NCBI GenBank assembly: GCA_010015805.1
Contig: ML978126.1
Span: 1,178,001 to 1,242,000, forward strand
DNA: 64,000 bases
From: Rhizodiscina lignyota
Lineage: Eukaryota
Reading direction: 5' to 3'
Position 1 is the stretch's first letter; each line of letters begins with the position of its first letter. This document shows positions 45,663 to 58,102 of this stretch, in pieces. Below the pieces are notes generated by a model. It was not told the origin of the DNA. It did no database searches and worked only from the letters and a program-made list of their open reading frames with translations. Position numbers and translations under genes: made by a program.

Positions 45663-46504
45663 GGTGAGAGAAATGGCAACAATAGAGGTACGAACGTGAA
45701 CCCAAGGAATGTCATCTACAATACCTACCGTCTTATATGATCGACGGAGCTTTTGGCAAAACGCAACGCGGAGAAGCGGAGGGGAAAGAAGCGAACGTTC
45801 TCCTCAGTCGACATTCTTCCAATGTTACGGGATCATAACCATGAACATGGTAGAGCTAAATGCCAAGTTCGTGAACTTAGCAGGAAAATGCTGCTAAAAT
45901 GTATGGTGGATAAACATTCGGCTAAATGTAAATGTCGATCCGGGGCTCATCGGCAGGGCAGAGCCTTTTGTGGTACGACGTTGCCTGTAGAGGCCTGTAA
46001 CCAGGTGAGTAAACGAGCAAATGGCAGGTGCAGAATCATGAGAGTCTCTCTAAAAGAGGAGAACGGGGACTCCTTATGCACAACTTTTCGTGTTCAGGGT
46101 GAAAGCGTTTCCATGGCTCATGAGATGCCGTACGGTTTTAAGAGAAACAGCTCGAAATGCATATTTATCTAGAAAGTAGTAGGGGTGCCGGTGAAAAGAA
46201 GTAGAAGACTAGGAAAACACCACGAAAGTAATCTTCGAATGCCAATACTTGAAGAGTGTTTTGTGAGAAAGGAGGCAGGCCGGAGATAGACAGGCTAAGA
46301 ACAGGACACCACCAAGCCACAATCTGATCGGAGTCGGGCCGATCGAAACAGGTCTGTGACGACACTTGTAACGAATTCCCCAGCCACCTCTCAGCTAGCA
46401 CAGTGATGCTACTTAAATCTGCGAAGACTTTATTCGTGTGAACTATTACAGGAAATACATAGTATTCATATCACGAACGATATGCGACCACTGCGGCTGT
46501 CGTC

Positions 46505-48229
46505 ATGGCGTCCAAACCGCGCAACAGAAGTACCAGTAGTCCTCTTCTACCGATTACTCTGAGCCTGTTCCTCCTCCCACTCTCGATAACCATTCTCTGC
46601 CTTCATCTCGCTCGAGAGACCTTCGCGCGATTCATCCGTACATGTATCGCATACCTACGTCGCATGGTCGCCGAGCCTCCAACGAAGCCAACGAAAGTAG
46701 TCATAACTGGTGCAGGTAGTCCTGAAGGATTGGCAATCTCAAGATTATTGCATGATGCTGGGCATATCGTGATAGGCGCAGACTACGAGCGCCTTCCTTA
46801 CACTTCAGCTGCGCGTGCTTCCAAAGCCATCGACAAGTTCTATGCGCTGTCACGCGAAGGATCCCTGGTCTCTGCTGCAGCCAATGCCGCTGCGACTGAG
46901 TTGTTCACCACAAGCATCCTGCATATCATTCAGCACGAACAACCAAATCTATGGATACCTTGTGCGAGCTTCCCAGATGAGACTGCAGTTTCCAAGATCA
47001 AGGACAAGGTAGAGAAGGAATCGCATTGCAGAGTGCTGCATCCAACTTCTGCAACACTTCGTCTTCTAACTGACGACGAGGCCTTCTACGACTTTGTTCA
47101 GAATATGGATGCTGGATTGTTGGCCCCAGAAGTCCGTTTAGTCTTCAGTAGAGGCGCGATCCACAAGGCCTTGGGTCCATGGCCTACAAAGAGGAGATTC
47201 GTAATGCAGAAGCAGGAACCGCTCACCACCGAAGAATTATCCAGCTCCTCACCTCTGTCTTTCAGACGACACTCGCGACCCGCGTCATTTGCATCATCAG
47301 CATCGACTCTGACGGTTGCTTCAGATTTAGCTCTTCAAGCTGAGACTGTGGACGAGTACACTGCACTGGACGCTCTTATCCTGCCATCGTCTTCAGTGCA
47401 CGACACCTACAACCGCATAGCGAGTATCAAGATCTCCAAAGCAGAGCCTTGGACATTCCAAGAACTCGTCAGTGGTCCACAGTATCTCGCTCATTCCCTG
47501 ATAGTGAACAATGAGCTATGTGGCATGGTCATCTCATCACTATCCTCACGGCAATTGGAGAAGACGATGTCGCCTGACGCAGCTTTGCATGCACGGATGT
47601 CTGAGTTCATGGACATACTCGTTCAGCATTTGCCTCCGCAAACCTCTATGCATTTAAACGTCCGATTTGTCCGAAGCGAATCATCTACGACGCAAGGTGT
47701 GGAGCAGAAGTTATATCCGGTCAGCTGCGATTTCCAGCCGTGTACATCAGGCTTTCTTTCCGGTGAGAAAACGAAGTCATGGTCTCCACAACGCTTAGCA
47801 GCAATCTACACATCTACAGCTCGATCAGACAGCATCAAATCCGCTGCAGCTGAGTCGCATTCAGACTTCCGCAGCGCAGCCACAATTGGCACAGGCATTG
47901 TCCCCTCTAGTTCCTCGTCACTACCACCTCTCTACCAATCTCACGCTTGGAGAGACGACTCTGACTTCTTGCCACGCATAGGCTATTACTCGCTTCCACC
48001 ATCAATCTGGCACTTCTTCATCCTGCCGGTTGTACGGTTCATGCTCCTGCAAGAGTCCATGGATGACCTACTTGACGCAGTTAGCGAGCTTTTCAGCCGT
48101 CTTGCCCATGAAAAAGAGGAATTGTTCGAATGGAACGATCCCTGGCCTTGGGTATGGAAGTGGTTTGTTGGATTTCCACTCGAAACCTTGGCTGGAGTAC
48201 ATGTACGGAACGATTTTGATGAGAGATGA
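46505..48229 (+). CDS. Divergent ATP-grasp-like protein resembling fungal MysC-type amino acid ligases
   Basis: Hydrophobic N-terminus, then VVITGAGSPEGLAISRLLHDAGHIVIGADYE..AARASKAIDKFY, IIQHEQPNLWIPC, PWTFQELVSGPQY.AHSLI, and a C-terminal KEELFEWNDPWPW. Confidence 0.6.
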   Translation: MASKPRNRSTSSPLLPITLSLFLLPLSITILCLHLARETFARFIRTCIAYLRRMVAEPPTKPTKVVITGAGSPEGLAISRLLHDAGHIVIGADYERLPYTSAARASKAIDKFYALSREGSLVSAAANAAATELFTTSILHIIQHEQPNLWIPCASFPDETAVSKIKDKVEKESHCRVLHPTSATLRLLTDDEAFYDFVQNMDAGLLAPEVRLVFSRGAIHKALGPWPTKRRFVMQKQEPLTTEELSSSSPLSFRRHSRPASFASSASTLTVASDLALQAETVDEYTALDALILPSSSVHDTYNRIASIKISKAEPWTFQELVSGPQYLAHSLIVNNELCGMVISSLSSRQLEKTMSPDAALHARMSEFMDILVQHLPPQTSMHLNVRFVRSESSTTQGVEQKLYPVSCDFQPCTSGFLSGEKTKSWSPQRLAAIYTSTARSDSIKSAAAESHSDFRSAATIGTGIVPSSSSSLPPLYQSHAWRDDSDFLPRIGYYSLPPSIWHFFILPVVRFMLLQESMDDLLDAVSELFSRLAHEKEELFEWNDPWPWVWKWFVGFPLETLAGVHVRNDFDER

Positions 48230-48597
48230 TTGAATGAATTATGAGCCATGTAATGTAAAATTAAACATCACGTTTCCTTCCATTTTGTTGCAACGAATTC
48301 TGATTGGTCAATTCGATACAGTCTTCGGTTGCACCAATGGCGTACTGTCGCAAATCGCACGGCCCCAGGGTCCAGCCATTAAGCCTCGTGATCATCACAA
48401 GGCTGAGCCCGACAAAGGCGGAATTCGGAATTCCTTAGCGAATGCTGCTGTTCTCTCCGCAACTGCGAAACGGCGAACTAATTACGCAATGTGTCGTACA
48501 ATGCGCCCTATAAGTGCCGGTCCTCGTCCTTGGAAAATAACATCGATTATTACAGACTGATGCTCTAGAGTAACTCACTGCTGCTAACTATTCCACG

Positions 48598-49241
48598 ATG
48601 CTTTTCAAGTCTTCTTCAAGTAAAGCAGAGGCGAAACGAGCCGAAGCTGAGTATGTTGTCATGTTTGCTCAGCCGCAATTCAGCAATAGAACAGACCGCT
48701 AACTCTTTACTATAGAGCAGAGAGCGCGCAAGCCAGCTCAAGCTCTGCGCCGCATGACGACCTCCCTACCTACACACCGACGGCATCCTCAGGTGTCCCA
48801 GAACTCGAAGAACCCGAACAACCTCCTACAGAAGCGGCTCCCGGATATGCTCCTCCGCAAAACGAAGCGTCCGAGTCCAACGTCTTGTACCCTTCCTTAG
48901 CAAACGGAGACCCAAACGAAATCATAGAAGTCCCCATGCTTGCGTCCGTCGAGAAGCCATCAGTGAAACGTTTCCTCACCGGCAAGAAGACCATTGAACA
49001 GCGCGTCACGGTGCGCAAGATGAAGCGCGGACACTATCTTATGCACTACGCGAAGGACGTCGATGGGAACTATATCGGCTCTGGGAAGGCCGCTCACGAT
49101 GCTTCGCTTGTGTATGTGCCATCGAAGAGCAGCAAAGAGGATATACAGGAGCAGATCTACAAGACGGCGACCTCCAAAGAGCATTATAGGGGCCCAGCTT
49201 ATGGGCACGTTGGAATGGCGTCGAGCGGTTTTATTGGGTGA
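48598..49241 (+). CDS. Hypothetical protein, 2 exons
   Basis: ATG at 48598. A GTATGT..CTAAC..TAG intron joins exon 1 in frame to ORF 48885-49241 (VTVRKMKRGHYLMHYAKDVDGNYIG). Contains an LPTY motif. Confidence 0.7.
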
Positions 49242-50049
49242 TGGAACGAACTGGCAATGAATAATATTCTGGATTTTCTTTTTCCTTAGATTTACGAGAT
49301 ACCACATGGAATCCGATTTGAGCTTTCTCAGTACACTGCTTCTAAAGCACTGGATTTTCTTTGTTGTCCATGAGCTACTTCAGGTAGACCTTCAACCGCT
49401 TCTCCGGTTTGAATCACGGTAAATCTACAGCGTTGGCACGGAGCAGAAGCCACCTCAAAGCTATTACTAACATTAACCAACAGTCACTGCCAACGACAAT
49501 CAGCTCTATTTCTCTGGCATTCTCTCGAAGTTTTAGCTGCAGTGGTTCGTTGTGCCTGCGATGGCTGCCGCCGTCATCGTCATCTGCCGTTGAGCTCGCT
49601 ATTGTCACGCCAGCTATCATTTTGCGCCTATTGTCACACCTTGCGGTGGCCGTATCAGTCATAGTCATGCTCGCCGCCGTTATGACCATGGTTGCCGCCG
49701 ATACCGCCGCGCGCCATCGTCGTCGTCATGCGCGCCGTCATCATCTTCGCCAAATTATCGCCATCTTGATCGCTCCTTTTGTCCGGTACCCTTGCTGATA
49801 AACACTTGCGCTTCTCTTCATCGACTTTGACTTGCATGATATTCAGGTTGATTGCATTCCGATCTCGTGAGTGATAGCCCGGCATTGATACAGAGCCGCC
49901 CCTGAGGCTGTGCTAACGCTACTGTGGAGGCTGTGCAGAAGGCATAAAACGCGAGGCATGTGCAGTCAATTCATTTTCTCTATTAATTGTACCTGGAAAC
50001 TTTCTGTTATTCTCAGTTACTCCTTCAGCAACTTAAGGTTTACGTCGAA

Positions 50050-51096
50050 ATGGGGACCAAGGCACCCACCGCCGGTACAAACGATCTCCACCTGGTCTCT
50101 TCTCAGTACGGTCCCGGTCCCTTTATTGGGTGGCTTTTTGCCGCGATCTCCGTCTTCCTCTCTTGCGCCTTTGACCGACGCCTCAGGCCTTACGATACAC
50201 GCACATGTAGCAAACGAATCAGTGCCGATATCGTAGCAACAGTTATGTTCCCGCTGGTCGCCGCTGGTGACATTGTGGTTCAACTGTCTAGATTCCCGGC
50301 AAGCTTAACCGATCTTACGAATACAAATAATCCTCGACTGCAACAGAAAGTCCACGCTCTAGAAGCGCCTCTTGTCGTGGTAGAGGGTGCCTTAATCGTC
50401 ACAGTTCCGCTGATAGTGATGGCACTGTACAAGCAGCACTGGGGAAAGGCGTTCATTCTTTCGACAGTGAATATTTGCGGGTTGAGTGTTGAAAGTTTTT
50501 TGCTTGCGCGAACAGCGATGCCTGACTCGAGATGGCCCCATAAGACCTTCAGCCGGTCCTTTCTGCCGAATTCAACTTCTCTTTTCGTACTGACGATGGC
50601 TCTCGCCATTGTCAGTAATTTGGCGATAGCTTGGTTGCTCGTGCTGTCTTTCATCCGCTCACGCTCCAAGCGGAGCACACCTCAGCATCTCATAGAGCAA
50701 AGCTCCGTAGATTTCGGAATCTCAACTAATCGCAGTTTGGTTCCGTCATCTACGAACTACCTTGAGCGGATAAGGCAGTGCCGTTGGTTTCTTATAGTCA
50801 GCGTTCTCGGGACTCTGTTCACTGTTCTCGGCAACACCGCCAGCAACACCGTCAGCTTCGCCCGACAGATATCATTCCTACAAGCGACATACAGACCATC
50901 CTACGCGAAGTTTTATCTTCTGGAGCTTTTGCCACGTACGAGTGCTTCAATAACAGATCTTGATCAGATTGTGGCAGTCGTGCTAGGGGCTTTCTTACTT
51001 TCTGCTCAATGTTTGCGACCTAGTGGAGGTATGGCAAGCCACCTCAACTCCGCGAATCCATGCTCAATAGGTCGTGTTTTGAGAGTCAGACCCTGA
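50050..51096 (+). CDS. Hypothetical multi-pass membrane protein
   Basis: Long ORF with several hydrophobic segments. First ATG is at 50050. A short 3' intron is possible. Confidence 0.65.
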   Translation: MGTKAPTAGTNDLHLVSSQYGPGPFIGWLFAAISVFLSCAFDRRLRPYDTRTCSKRISADIVATVMFPLVAAGDIVVQLSRFPASLTDLTNTNNPRLQQKVHALEAPLVVVEGALIVTVPLIVMALYKQHWGKAFILSTVNICGLSVESFLLARTAMPDSRWPHKTFSRSFLPNSTSLFVLTMALAIVSNLAIAWLLVLSFIRSRSKRSTPQHLIEQSSVDFGISTNRSLVPSSTNYLERIRQCRWFLIVSVLGTLFTVLGNTASNTVSFARQISFLQATYRPSYAKFYLLELLPRTSASITDLDQIVAVVLGAFLLSAQCLRPSGGMASHLNSANPCSIGRVLRVRP

Positions 51097-51586
51097 CACC
51101 GCGCCGAGGGTCGGATGAACAACAGGGAAACAATGGCTATAACGTCAAATATTCGCGAGGGCCCTTGAGGTGTTTGATTAGAGTATGCTTTTTTGCTTCG
51201 AGTGGGTTTTGGCTCATTTGGATAGTTGCTGTTGTTTTATGATTACCGTTTGGGTAACCCTGTCTCTCAAAGCGTGAGGTTCAACCGCTGGACGTTACAA
51301 AAACAGGATCATGCACAGCTACAGCCACAGGCTAGCAGTCAGTCGGTTAGTCAGTCACATGTCCAGAGCTATGAGATCATTAGGTAATATAAAATACCAT
51401 ACAGCTAAGTTGCGAGAAGTATGGGGGCGGGCGGCTCGCCTCATAGGGGCCCCCGTTACTTGCCTTTATATCTGCCCTCCTACCTTGCGTTCCCATCTCT
51501 CCCCTCACTTACCTTGTCTCTCGTCGTTCCCTCCTCCTCTTCTTGATACCGGCATTCAGCGCACCGTTACTTACCTTGCTGTTCAC

Positions 51587-52585
51587 CTATTCAGACGGCC
51601 TACAAGCGCGCAGCTTGCCAGGATTCGTCCACGCCACTCTGATTTTCGATGCTTTCCACTTCTCGACCGCGTTGATAAGCTCTTCCCGCGATGGAAGCTT
51701 TGGCATGATGCGCTCGCAAGTATCGCGAATGAACTGAACAGCCTCTGGCGTGTTGAGCCGATCCTTCATATCTTTGGCCCATGGGCCGTAGTCCTTCTCA
51801 ATCATCTCAACTGTCATAGAATCTGCAAGGTCACAGAGACTATGGAATGTGTCATCTTCTAACAAAGTCAGCGCTTCATCATTTGTTGCCTCGACCCCGT
51901 AATTCTGTTCGCAAGCTAAGGCGATATCGACGAAGTTGTTAATAAAGGATTCGATGTCGACCATCTGCTCTTCCTCGAAGAACTCGTTCATCTGATCTGC
52001 TTCGCAATAATACGCCATTCCAAAGTCAATTGGGACAACATTTGGGAACTCGTTTTCGGTTGTGCCATCTAGCTGAATCATGATATTCTGCATTTGCAAG
52101 TCTTGATGGCTAATCGCCCACTTCCCAGTATTTTTGTCACCCGTATGAATGTATCGAAAGGACTCTAGGAGCTGTAAGAGGGCGTGTAGAGCGAAAGAAG
52201 CGGAAGATGACTTCTTCTGTTTCTCTATCTCGTCCACGAGCGCCTCCATAGTGCAGCCGGTGATGAAAGGTGTCGCAAGCCACACAGGACGGTCATGTGT
52301 ATCTGCCTTTAGTGACGTAAGTAGACGTTTTGGTGGAGAAGCCCCTTGTTGCATGTTTAGCAATATAGCGCGTTCTTTCTTGATGCTGTGAAATGGGTTT
52401 AACCCGCTTTCTACAAGGGAAACCTTGACAGCAGCATAAACCGGTGCATCCGGAACACCTTCGTCCAAGGCGATCGCAGGAATGCATAGCCAGACGTCCC
52501 CTTGCCCTCCGCCGCCTAGGTATTTAATGGGGATCCAATCTTCATGGAAGGATGTCACCATTTCTACGCTAGCGGTCGTCGACAT
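51587..52585 (-). CDS. Atypical protein kinase-like protein
   Basis: LGGGGQGDV (Gly loop), AAVK, KE (helix C), HQDLQMQN (catalytic loop) and DFG. No evident APE motif. Confidence 0.8.
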   Translation of the reverse strand: MSTTASVEMVTSFHEDWIPIKYLGGGGQGDVWLCIPAIALDEGVPDAPVYAAVKVSLVESGLNPFHSIKKERAILLNMQQGASPPKRLLTSLKADTHDRPVWLATPFITGCTMEALVDEIEKQKKSSSASFALHALLQLLESFRYIHTGDKNTGKWAISHQDLQMQNIMIQLDGTTENEFPNVVPIDFGMAYYCEADQMNEFFEEEQMVDIESFINNFVDIALACEQNYGVEATNDEALTLLEDDTFHSLCDLADSMTVEMIEKDYGPWAKDMKDRLNTPEAVQFIRDTCERIMPKLPSREELINAVEKWKASKIRVAWTNPGKLRACRPSE

Positions 52586-53225
52586 GTTGTCGTGCAGAGT
52601 GGAAATGTCGCGATAGATGAAGGGCGAACCTGTTTCAATGGTTAGAAAGGCCGCGTAGGATGAAGATGGCTCTTGTTAGCTGGATTCTGATAATATAGGC
52701 TCTTGATGAGACTGGATCATAGATTTAATCTTACAAGAGGCATTGGAGAAAAGGTGTGCAGGGAAACTCGGTAGAAATTGGATGAAGAAGACTATGAATA
52801 GGCTGATCCAAGGGAAAGCACAATACAATGTTGCAACGGTAACTGACGAGAACAATGATGTGAACAATAATATTGTTTAGTAGAACAAAGAAAGATCGCA
52901 AGAACAGTGCATTCGTAGTCTACGAACAGCAGCAGAGTTAAGGTCTCACAAAGAAAAGAGATGGAACGACAGACTTGAGCAGTGATAATTCGGAAAACTC
53001 GTCACTCTTCTTGAAGTTGATACGAGGTAGTGAGCAGACTCCGAGCGTAATTGCATGGGATATGAAAAAGCAGTTGAAATCTTGCTTTGACATTGATATT
53101 CTGCGCCACTAATGCAAATGCTGGCTCCTTTCCATTGATGTCCGTAGTATTTACTATAAATGCAGGTCTTGGGTATCATAGAGAAAAGCTCCCTGCTCCG
53201 ATATTTGAGCGCTACCTCCTTTCTT

Positions 53226-53711
53226 TTACATCCTGTACCAGAACCTCTTCCTAATCTTCTGCGCAATGAGCTCGGCAGGGACATACATGCTCCTGCCGAG
53301 ATTCACCACGCGGTCTCTTCTACCTAACCCAATGTCGCCCTGACTCGTTGGTTTCAATATCTCATCGAGAGCGTCTAAGATGATTGGTCTCTTTAACTCT
53401 GGTGTTGCTGCTGCCGCACTGGACGCCGAGAGTCGCTGTTGCGGAGTATTCTTCGGAGAGGACTTATTCACAGAGTCGAGGAAGTTTGATGTTGAAACGG
53501 TTGGTTTCCGAGCGTTTGGCTTGTCGTGAGGGGCTTGGAGAGACTTGTGTACAAGGGAAGGAAAGGCATGCTTGCCGCTGAGGACTGCTCTTCGGACTCT
53601 GCAGAAGTTAGCTTGACATGCAAGGGTGACAGAGGCATTTAGGGGAACGAACTTCGCTTGGGCTGCCAATTTCTCTTTTGCCAAAGCTGTCAATTGCGAT
53701 CGCATTGACAT
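53226..53711 (-). CDS. Small basic hypothetical protein
   Basis: 161-aa ATG ORF containing an in-frame 54-nt GTTCGT..GCTAAC..CAG intron-like segment, which suggests a real gene. Confidence 0.45.
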   Translation of the reverse strand: MSMRSQLTALAKEKLAAQAKFVPLNASVTLACQANFCRVRRAVLSGKHAFPSLVHKSLQAPHDKPNARKPTVSTSNFLDSVNKSSPKNTPQQRLSASSAAAATPELKRPIILDALDEILKPTSQGDIGLGRRDRVVNLGRSMYVPAELIAQKIRKRFWYRM

Positions 53712-54503
53712 TGTGGCCGTCCGATTTCATGAAATGAAATCCGTAGGGATGAAGTTTGATATGGCAGCTAAATCGAAGTCTTGGCAATTATACTTTCGCC
53801 GAGACGCCTCCGACCCCTGCCCCTTGACTCTTCTCTTCTTCGCTACATCTCCGCTACATCTCCGCCACAACTACGCATATTATTTCCATTATGAAAGCAC
53901 CGTCTTAATCAGCACATCAGTATTTTAGGCCTGTGATGGGCTCTGTCTCAACTGGCATGTCGAGATTGGAAGCCGTTAGTTTCCAATCTTGGTTCCGTAT
54001 TGCTCAACACAGGGCTCTCTCGAGCGAGAATGCCTCGGTCAGCATTGCGCTGTTTAGCTCATCACCCGACTGCCTATTCCTCGAATTGGTCGGGCAAATG
54101 TTCAGGAGGCTTTTCATTGTGGTAACTGCTACTTCCTAGACCGGAAGACGTGCGAAAATCAGCTGTCTGAAAACACAGCTTGGGCTTATTTGCTTCGTAA
54201 GACCATGGATTTCGCCTCGAATGTACGGTTGCCTTCGTCTGATGTAAACTGTGCGACGATTCCTAGGGAATAGTGCTTATCTTCATCTATGCCCAAGCAC
54301 TTGAGACTGTCGCTGTTAGGGATGTTTCCGAATCTCGCTCAGAATCCCTAAGTCCGCCAACCTTTTGCCGTTGATGAACGCGTTATTCAAACGAGTAATA
54401 AGCGCCAGCGCGAATCTTGTATATAGTCTGTTTGCTGAGCGATCTCAAGATATAGTGAGCTATCTGAAACCTTCCTTTTCGTATTAATTTCACAATAGTT
54501 CAC

Positions 54504-56222
54504 ATGGCTTCGACAATTGCTTTCCTCGCGTCTTCCTGGCCCCAACTCCTCTTCACTTTATTCATTATTTACGTAATATCTGCAATAGCTGCTTGGTGGA
54601 GACTTCGAGAGTTCAAGGGACCATGGTTAGGGAAATTTTCGTATTTGTGGATGGCAAGCGCGGAGCTTTCGAATGAGATGAACAACTATTATATGGCCGC
54701 GAGTAAGAAGTACGGTTCGTCCATCATCTCCAAGAAGGGACCTTGCGGTTGTCTAATAACCTTTCAGGGAAACTAACCAGAGTCGGACCGAACGACCTTG
54801 TCTCGAGCGATGCCGAAATAGTGCGGCATATCAACGGCGTACGTTCCGGATACACGAAATCGAACTACTACGATGTCATGAAGATAGATCCATATGTTCA
54901 TAATACTTTCAGCGAGACTTCGCCCGAGGTCCATACCACTAACAGGGCGTACATGGCCAATGGCGTACGACACCTTAGCCCCATTCACCAAGCTCTGAGC
55001 TAACGGGTTTGCCCAGTATTCTGGGAAAGAGAATCCACACTTGGAAGATGAGTTGGACGAAGTTCTGAAGTTGTTCGTTGGCATGATTGAGGAAAAATAC
55101 ATCTCGACCAAAGATGTTCTCAAAGTCACTGATTTCAGCGACCTCACATCATGGTACACGCTTGATTCATTGACACGGATTGCCTACGGCCGCTCCTTTG
55201 GTTGGATGAAAGAGGGAAAGGATCTCTTTGATTACATGAAACTTACATTAGAGATTCTACCTATAATGGTCTTCTCTGGGGCAGTCCCAATAGCAGGCTC
55301 CCTTTATCTACTTCTGGGACGGATTGCCGGACCCAGTCCGAAAGACAAAAAGGGCATTGGCCGACTCCTAGGGTAAGTTGGTGTTAAAGGATCTAACTCA
55401 ATGAAGCAATATTCTAATGAGAGACCAGTCTCGCGAGAGATGTTGTCGAGGAGCGCTTCCAGGGCGATATTGGCGAGAATCAAGACATGCTGGATAGCTG
55501 GATCCGTCACGGCTTCACCGACAGGCGGAGGATAGCCGCTGAAATTCTGTTCCAGATTGTCGCAGGTGGCGACACTGTAAGCGGAGCATTACGAGCCACT
55601 TTTCTGCATGTTTTGAGCAGCGCGCGTGTAATGCGCAAGCTTACTGCCGAAATCGATGAAGCCGTCAAAGCAGGGAGAGTGTCGGACCCAATATCGAACG
55701 AACAGACTCTCAAATTGCCATATCTGCAGGCTGTAATGAAAGAGGGTTTGCGTATTCATCCACCATCATCAGGGCTGCTGTTCAAGAAAGTTCCAAAGGG
55801 TGGAGATGTCCTGGACGGCCGTTATGTCCCGGAAGGCACCAGAGTCGGCCATAGTATGTGGGCGATACAGAGGGATACCAAAGTGTACGGCCCGGACACG
55901 GACGTATATCGACCAGAACGTTGGACCGATGCAGACGCAGAGACGTACGCGAACATGGAGAAGCAGGTAGACTTGGTATTCGGCTATGGTCGTTGGGGAT
56001 GTATGGGAAAGCCAGTGGCATTCATGACGCTTCAGAAGACGTTATTCGAAGTAAGTTGCCGAAACGTGAACACATTACTATGCTAACGAATACATGAAGC
56101 TTTTCCGACGATACGACTTTGAGCTTCTCAATCCATCGAGGCCTTACGTTGAGTTCTGCCACATAATCTTCGTCCACACGAACATGAAGATTCGTATCAC
56201 CAGACGCTCCGACTCCGATTAA
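54504..56222 (+). CDS. Cytochrome P450 (pisatin-demethylase-like fungal clan), about 5 exons
   Basis: N-terminal anchor and KGPW, RVGPNDL, AGGDT (I-helix), KEGLR (ExxR), YRPERW, and FGYGRWGCMG (heme Cys). The last exon reads LFRRYDF..RITRRSDSD*. Confidence 0.95.
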
Positions 56223-56281
56223 ACCATCGCTCCTGTTCTCTTGTATTTCTTGATGCATGGGCAGCCACAAGTTCTTGCAGT

Positions 56282-57150
56282 TTACTCATGCTTCTCAAAG
56301 TTTGCATAGAAAGCACCGGTGCCAGGGCCAAAATGGGGCTTCAACTTGGCGATTTCCACCGCAAATACCTCGCCCTTCTCGAACACATGGTGTGCCTGTA
56401 GTTGTCAGCAGCTAGCATCTCACGTATCATACGTTAAACATACTTCTACAGAATCCCAGCCAAGGCAGTAGTATGCGAGCATCCTCTTGTCTTCATCAAG
56501 TGCTGTTTGCTCGGTTTCTGCGTCACTGATCTCCTCGCCATTGGAATCATTGCTGTTCAATGCATAGCCCCAGCCGCCGCCAACGAAGCCTTCGGCCAAG
56601 TAGCAATCTACATACGTCTTGTGCATTGATTTTTCGAAGCTCTCCTCGAAGCGGGGCGCGTTTGGTGCTAGATTGATGATTGCCTGCGTCGCGTGAGCAC
56701 ACATACCTTATCTATGAAGACATTCCAGTCATTTTGGCAAGCGTACAAATTCGGTCACAGGAGACTCAAGCGCCTTTGTCGTGTCGCCCTTCGTGTCCTC
56801 TCGAAACTTGAAGAGGAGAGATGTGACAGGGCTTTGTGAGATCTCAGTAAGCGCGGCCCTGAATTGCTTGCTACGTCTGAATGTAGAGCCCTCCGGCCAT
56901 TCTACAACGCAATCAGTGGTGTCTCGACCCAGCTGTTAATAGTCTATGATGCCAATGACTTACCAATGCACCAGCACATCTGATTGTCGGGTTTCGGCCG
57001 CGGCAAGCCTTCATTTATGAGAACATAACCAAAATACTGCGCTTTGATAGACCCCTTCTCCGCCACAGTCTTGCGCAATTGCTGGAACGCAGATTGGCTA
57101 GTGGCCGAGCGAGGCAGGATGAATCGCAGGACTTCAGAGACGAATGCCAT
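56282..57150 (-). CDS. Hypothetical protein, possibly a dimeric alpha/beta-barrel (ABM-like), 4 exons
   Basis: Splice model MAFVSEVL..QYFGY..MCWCI|EWP..ALESPVTEF|AIINL..GFVGGGWG..CLGWDSVE|AHHVF..EKHE*. The internal duplication (VSEV/VTEF) and the GWDSVEAH motif resemble fungal ABM-like proteins. Confidence 0.7.
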
Positions 57151-58102
57151 GTTGTACGTTCCTAAATGAAGACGATTGAGAAGAGCTCTGCATCGATGGG
57201 ATGGGAATTGGAATGAAACCGAGCACTATATCTTCCCCTACGTGCGTCGCAATTTGTCAGCGAAGAAATAAGTACAATCATCGTTTCTGCCTTGATTGAC
57301 TGCCTACGATTGCTCAATTGAGACATCAGGTCGGCGTTTAGTTAATTTGGAGTGGCAAGCCACGTGAAATCGCGTGTCGCGCGCGTTCTCCGACGCCCGT
57401 CCGTCGCGTGAGAAATTACCAAGCAACGTGCAACCTGCTCGCGTTGGCGCTCGTTCGGCGATAAGGATCTGTCGTCCCCTGTTTATGCGTCTTGTTTGAG
57501 TCAACGCTTGTCAGCTCTTCTTAACTTAACGTTGTTGTGCGTTTGAACAATCCCGTCGTCGGCCTTCTGCGGTTTGCCGGTGTGGACTTTCGGAAGCGAT
57601 TGGCATATCGCGGTGCTTAGTAACTCGACATCTGCATCGATCTCCAAGCCGGAAGGGGAGAAAGGTGTGGGAGCCTATGGGTACTGCAGCTCAACGACTC
57701 GGAAGTTCAATTGTGCTCGAAGTTCCATAAATAAGTCCTACAAACGCTCGATACATAGACTGGGTCCTCCATCCTGAAAAGAGCCGTTAGCAGATCTCTT
57801 GGACGGGGGACGGATGGACCTGAGTTTTCAGGGGCAGGTACCTATGTACCTCTCGACGGTGAAACTGGGACAAATCCTCTTGTATGAAAATGAAGTGAGA
57901 AGTCTTGAATCTATTCTACATTGAATCTAACTTTGTATATCCAATGGAAGCAGGAAATCTGGGATATAAAACATAAGACAAAACCAGAATCCCATATTCC
58001 AACGCTGTGCCCTACTGTCTTTCTAATTTGGTTGAAGGAAACCGGCATGTTGAATATCTATCCATTGCCATTATAACACTGAAACTCCCGATTGGTATCC
58101 AT

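Noticed and set aside
49409..49885. Short low-complexity ORFs (MPGYHSRD..., 76-129 aa)
   Set aside because: Trinucleotide-like low complexity and no domain. Insufficient support.
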